The translations under genes were made by a program, and so were the position numbers. This document shows positions 59,679-64,000 of a stretch of DNA of 64,000 nt, in pieces; position 1 is the first letter of the stretch, and each line of letters starts with the position of its first letter. The notes beneath the pieces were generated by a model. The model made no database searches. It was not told where the DNA came from and saw only the letters and a list, made by a program, of their open reading frames with translations. The DNA is from Candidatus Entotheonellaceae bacterium (GTDB lineage Bacteria > Tectomicrobia > Entotheonellia > Entotheonellales > Entotheonellaceae): contig OZ250173.1 of NCBI GenBank assembly GCA_965238075.1, positions 2,752,001-2,816,000 of the forward strand, read 5' to 3'.

Positions 59679-61604
59679 ATGACCCGCCGGGTGCAATGCC
59701 TGTTGTGGACCGCGGCGCTGTTGATGTGGCCTTGTCTGGCATTGGCGCAGGTAAGTTACGACTTCGACGCTGCGGCCAGCGACGTGGCAGACCAGTTGGC
59801 GCAGCGCTTTCCCCATCTGCAGGGTGAGGTGGTCGACGTTCAGGGCGAGGAGCTTTACCTTAGCCTGGGGGCGCGGGATCAGGTGCTTGAGGGCATGCGG
59901 CTGAACGTGTTTCGGGAAGGCGACGAGTTGACTTCCCCCAGCACCGGCGAGGTATTGGGTCGGCTGGAAGAAGACCTGGGAACGGTCACGGTGACGCAGG
60001 TTGCCGAGACATACGCCGTGGCGGCGCTGACGGACACTGCTAGCGGCGTGAAGGTGCAAGCCGGCGACAAGGTACGGATTACCGCCGGGCGGTTGTCCCT
60101 GGGTTTGCTGCCGGTAAGCGACCAGACCGGACGCGCGATGCCGTTGGCCGCGTTTGTCGATGCCGTGCAACATGGCCTCAATGCCACGGGCCGGTTTCAC
60201 GTGCTGCCGAGGGCGCGCCTGACGGTGTGGCTGCTGGAACGCAACCTGTCGCCCGGCGATGTGCTGGCACCCGAAGTTATGCCCGAGGCGGCGAGCGCTC
60301 TGGGTGTGGCCTATGTTGCGCAGCCGGTACTACGGGTTACTGGTGACACGGCGGTTGTCGAACTTCGTTTGTTCGCACCCGCTCAACCGCAAACGCCCGT
60401 GACCACAGCCTTGGCCATCCTTTCCGAAGCCGTGGCAATGCCCCAACGACCCGTCTCCCTGCCGGTTTCTCAACCTCCCGCCGCCGTCTCCACGCCGCCA
60501 ACCCGCCCCGATTCGCCGCCCGCCGCGGCTCCGACGCCCCCGGCACCGGCGGACGATCTAACGACGCTGCAGAGCCTGCTGAGCGCTGACCCGCTTGCGC
60601 TTGAGAAGAGCTACGTACCTCTGGCGCAATTCCCGACCGAGTTGCGCGGTTTTGATGCCGCAGACATCGACGGCGACGGCCAGAGCGAACTGGTGATGCT
60701 CAGTGACACAAAGGTGCTTTTGTATCACGTGCAGGAAAGCCAATTGGTCCCTATCGCTTCCTATTCCGACAACCGCCCCGGCACTTTGTTGAGCGCGCAA
60801 CTGGTGAGACTTGGCGACGGGCAGACGCCGGGTGTGGTGGTGAATCGTTACAGCCCCAACCGAAGGGGCATGGATTCGTTCTTCCTGGCCCTACAGGGTA
60901 ATCGGTTGGTCCGACAGCAGAAGGGCCTGTCGGATATTTTGCTCGCCGTGGATACTGATGGCGACGGGGTGAACGAAAGCATTTGGGGGCAGCTCTTCGA
61001 CGGCAAGGATTTTTTCCGGCGCGGCCAAGTGAGGCAATACGAACTGCGGAACGGCCGCTTGAAGCGGCAGCGGAAGTTGTCGCTGCCCGGCGGGTTCCGT
61101 GCCACCGGCGCTGCTCTGGCCCAACTCGGGGCACCGGGAAACCGTCAGTTGGTATTCGTGGATGAGCGCCACAACCTGCAGGTGTACGATGGCAAGACCA
61201 GGCGCTGGAAGTCTCCCACAGACGTAGGGGGCAGCTACGTGTTTGCTGCGCTGGAGATACGTTACAGCCCCAGGGTCGCTGATCAGGCACAGTTTGACTT
61301 CGAGGCCATTCCGGCGGTGGCGGATTTCGACGGCGACGGCATTGACGAGGTGCTGGTTCCCCAGAATCAGAGCCGTCTCGGCGTGGTGCCGAATCTGAAC
61401 CTGTACAGCGGCGGTCACGTGGTGCTGATGCGCCAGACACCGCAAGGCTTCACGCTGTCGCCAATCAGCCCCGGATTCGATGGCGTGGTGAGCGGCGTGG
61501 CGGTGCTGAAGGGCCGCATGCCGGGGATTCTGGTGGCGGTTTCCAAGCGGGAAGGGGTGCTGAAGCAGAAGAAGCAAACGATACTGTATCTGAACCGCTT
61601 TTAG
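59679..61604 (+). CDS. Secreted VCBS/FG-GAP repeat protein with FlgT-C-like N-terminal domain
   Basis: Signal peptide; Pro-rich linker; DIDGDGQSE, DTDGDG, DFDGDGIDE. Confidence 0.75.
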   Translation: MTRRVQCLLWTAALLMWPCLALAQVSYDFDAAASDVADQLAQRFPHLQGEVVDVQGEELYLSLGARDQVLEGMRLNVFREGDELTSPSTGEVLGRLEEDLGTVTVTQVAETYAVAALTDTASGVKVQAGDKVRITAGRLSLGLLPVSDQTGRAMPLAAFVDAVQHGLNATGRFHVLPRARLTVWLLERNLSPGDVLAPEVMPEAASALGVAYVAQPVLRVTGDTAVVELRLFAPAQPQTPVTTALAILSEAVAMPQRPVSLPVSQPPAAVSTPPTRPDSPPAAAPTPPAPADDLTTLQSLLSADPLALEKSYVPLAQFPTELRGFDAADIDGDGQSELVMLSDTKVLLYHVQESQLVPIASYSDNRPGTLLSAQLVRLGDGQTPGVVVNRYSPNRRGMDSFFLALQGNRLVRQQKGLSDILLAVDTDGDGVNESIWGQLFDGKDFFRRGQVRQYELRNGRLKRQRKLSLPGGFRATGAALAQLGAPGNRQLVFVDERHNLQVYDGKTRRWKSPTDVGGSYVFAALEIRYSPRVADQAQFDFEAIPAVADFDGDGIDEVLVPQNQSRLGVVPNLNLYSGGHVVLMRQTPQGFTLSPISPGFDGVVSGVAVLKGRMPGILVAVSKREGVLKQKKQTILYLNRF

Positions 61605-61605
61605 C

Positions 61606-61639
61606 GGAATGTCGGATGACGCTGCGCGAATCCGACTAC
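61606..61639. repeat. Degenerate GTAG-family REP between convergent genes
   Basis: GGAATGTCGGATGACGCTGCGCGAATCCGACTAC. Confidence 0.7.
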
Positions 61640-61643
61640 TGGA

Positions 61644-62486
61644 TCAAATGACCGAGGTGACGAAGAGAGCCGTGGACAGGTAGGCGCTGGCCTCCAGCAA
61701 GCCGGCAGCGATGTTTTTGTCCTCGGCGACTTCGTTATCCAGCAGGGTGCTGCGAAACCGGATTGGCCCGCCGAGAATCAGGCACTGCACCACCAGTTGC
61801 CGCACCGGGTAGAACACCACGACGACCAGCAGGGCGATGGCGAAGCTCAGCAGCGAATCCGCCAGGGTGGTGAATTCGCCCGACGCGGCCTGTCCGACCA
61901 CGATGCCCATGGCGATCAGCAAGCCCGCCTGCGCAATGCCGGCCGCCAAGTTGCCGGAACCGATTTCCTGCACGTCGTCGTAGCCGGTGAGCCAGCGAAA
62001 AACGTAGGTCATGGCCAGCAAGGCCAACTGACCGAGGACGAAGAAGAGCAGCAGGATCCAGAATCCACCGCCTTCGCCGTCCAACGCCCCGCTATAGGTC
62101 AGGCTGGTGGCGACGTAGGCCCCGGCGACCACGACGGCGGCCGCGACGTTGTGTGCCTCCAATTGTTCGCGCACGTGCAAGCCCAGGAAGAGCCGGCAAC
62201 TGACCAGCGTCACTACGGTCAGCAGCACGATGCCCAGTCCGCCGTACAGCGCCACGTCCAGCACATCCTGCCACAAGCCGCGGCCCGGCGTGCCGAGCAG
62301 CACGGTGATGGTCCAGATGACCCCGAACAGATACCCCGCCACGGCCAGACCGATAGCCGGATTGTCATGATCGGTGAGCGCTACCCGCAGGCTGAAGCCG
62401 AGCACCCATTGCAGAACCAGACGAGCCAGGACCAGCAGAATCAACGGCGCCGCAACCACAAAGACCACTTCCGTAACACTCATCAT
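61644..62486 (-). CDS. DUF350 membrane protein
   Basis: Repeated DNPAIG / NVAAA / GNLAAG / KNIAAG motifs between TM segments. Confidence 0.8.
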   Translation of the reverse strand: MMSVTEVVFVVAAPLILLVLARLVLQWVLGFSLRVALTDHDNPAIGLAVAGYLFGVIWTITVLLGTPGRGLWQDVLDVALYGGLGIVLLTVVTLVSCRLFLGLHVREQLEAHNVAAAVVVAGAYVATSLTYSGALDGEGGGFWILLLFFVLGQLALLAMTYVFRWLTGYDDVQEIGSGNLAAGIAQAGLLIAMGIVVGQAASGEFTTLADSLLSFAIALLVVVVFYPVRQLVVQCLILGGPIRFRSTLLDNEVAEDKNIAAGLLEASAYLSTALFVTSVI

Positions 62487-62552
62487 TGGCTTCCTTTGCG
62501 AGGGTATCGTGCGCGAGGAGAGGCGAACTGCGGGGCGCAGTATAGCACAGCG

Positions 62553-64000
62553 TCAGACCGCCCGGCGTTGGCGCATGAACAGGATGAGGGGAGTCACCGC
62601 AAGACACAGGATGACCACCAGAATGAAGCAATCCTGGTAGGCGGCCACGGATGCCTGCTGCACCAGGTGCCGCTGCACCATGGCCAGGGTCTTGGCTTCC
62701 ATCATGCCGCCGGTCTCACCGGCGTGCAGCAGGAGGTTGTGGACGGGCCCCACCACGTCGGACCAGGGCAGGGTTGAGGCAACCTGCTCCTGGGCCAGCA
62801 TGCCGCTGTGGTAGGTGGTGCGGCGCTGCAAAACGGTGGTCATCAGGGCCAGGCCCATGGTGCCGCCGAGGCCATGTTGAATGAGATTGATCAGCCCGGA
62901 GCCCATGCGCACCTGATCGGGCCGCAGCACCATCAACGCCGCCGCTGCCATCGGGATGAAGATGAACCCCATGGTGACATAACGTGCTGCGATCATGCCG
63001 ATCATCCAGCTCGTGGGGCGGTCGAGGCTGAGGAAGGAAAACGCATACGTGGCCGCCATAAACATGCCCAAGCCGCAATACATCACCAACCGGCGGTCGA
63101 CCAGGTCCACGAGGCGCCCGGCGCAGACCGTCGTGAGGGCCATGCCCAGCGCTCCCGGCAGCACGATATATCCCGCCTGCGCCGGGGTGTAGTCGAACAG
63201 TCGCTGCAACAGGAAGGTCTGCAGAAAGTTGGTGCCCCAAAAACCCATTGAGGTGACGAACAACGTCACCGACACGGCCGCAAAACCCAGATTGTTGAAC
63301 AGGCGCAGATCGACCAGTGGCTCCTTGCGGCAGAGTTCAATGGCAAGGAAAGAGACAAACGCCAGGCAAGCGGTGACCAGCAGGCCTTGCGTCAGCGGGG
63401 CATCCCAGCCGTAGCGCTGGCCTTGGCTCAGGGCGATCAGCAGGCTGACCAGAAACACCGTGAGGGTGGCCAGGCCGGGCAGGTCCAAATGGCGCTTGAT
63501 CGTTTCGCGGGTGTTTGGAATCACCAGGAGCACCAGCACGATGCCGATAATGCCCGGCAAGGTGTTGAGATAGAAAATCATGCGCCAGTGCATGTATTCG
63601 GTGACGTAACCGCCGAGCACCGGGCCGACGACCGGGCCGCACGACATGCCGAGGCCGTACAGGCCCATGGCGAGGCCGCGCTGGTGGGGCGGGAAGGTCT
63701 GCGTGAGGAAGACCATGGCCATCGGCATCACGGGGCCGCCGCCGAGCCCTTGCAGGATGCGGAAAAAGATCAGCGCGTTGCCGCTCCAGGCGAGGCCGCA
63801 AAGGGCGGAACTGACGACGAACATCGACAGACTGATGAACAGCAGGTTGCGGTTGCCCATGACGTTGCCCAGCCAACCCACCGTGGGCACCATGACGGCG
63901 CCGGCAATCATGTAGGCATTGATGATCCACTGAACCTGGTCGAGATTCATGCTGAAGGTGGTCATGATCGGCGGCAGGGCGAGGTTGACCGTGGCGTTGT
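62553..64000 (-). CDS. DHA2 (EmrB/QacA) MFS efflux permease, 5' end outside window
   Basis: VNLALP, FRILQGLGGG, GPVVGPVLGG, PLVDLRLF. Confidence 0.9.
   Translation of the reverse strand, partial: NATVNLALPPIMTTFSMNLDQVQWIINAYMIAGAVMVPTVGWLGNVMGNRNLLFISLSMFVVSSALCGLAWSGNALIFFRILQGLGGGPVMPMAMVFLTQTFPPHQRGLAMGLYGLGMSCGPVVGPVLGGYVTEYMHWRMIFYLNTLPGIIGIVLVLLVIPNTRETIKRHLDLPGLATLTVFLVSLLIALSQGQRYGWDAPLTQGLLVTACLAFVSFLAIELCRKEPLVDLRLFNNLGFAAVSVTLFVTSMGFWGTNFLQTFLLQRLFDYTPAQAGYIVLPGALGMALTTVCAGRLVDLVDRRLVMYCGLGMFMAATYAFSFLSLDRPTSWMIGMIAARYVTMGFIFIPMAAAALMVLRPDQVRMGSGLINLIQHGLGGTMGLALMTTVLQRRTTYHSGMLAQEQVASTLPWSDVVGPVHNLLLHAGETGGMMEAKTLAMVQRHLVQQASVAAYQDCFILVVILCLAVTPLILFMRQRRAV

Overview
GC-rich bacterial chromosomal window; gene content and style loosely suggest a Tectomicrobia/Entotheonella-like organism, which is inference only. 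1-27 kb is an accessory catabolic region: a TRAP transporter, SDRs, a signal-peptide-bearing formamidase, yefM-yoeB, a Rieske ferredoxin-leuD-leuC-luciferase-like monooxygenase run, a MutS-related ATPase, panE, an acyl-CoA ligase, a haloacetate-dehalogenase-like hydrolase and NHL/DUF1800/DUF1501. 27-51 kb is core: mtnA-yggU-proC-yggS-pgeF, a dcw cluster (mraZ to ftsZ, lacking murD and ddl), RNase P RNA, cytochrome c, tsaD and ctpA. 51-56 kb is an insertion hotspot that can be reconstructed from the sequence. It holds two complete ISs with IRs and target duplications, group II intron relics, REP pairs, and a 691-bp transposase-less cassette (19-bp imperfect IRs, 9-bp TSD) carrying a repeat-expanded coiled-coil membrane protein. 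That cassette and one IS are both inserted in the same tiny two-gene membrane-protein operon. 56-64 kb holds a porin-like gene, a DUF1640-like protein, secreted/VCBS proteins, DUF350 and a DHA2 exporter. The best leads are the passenger cassette with its small coiled-coil protein family, an in-frame ~28% GC patch inside murC, and the divergent leuD-leuC module.
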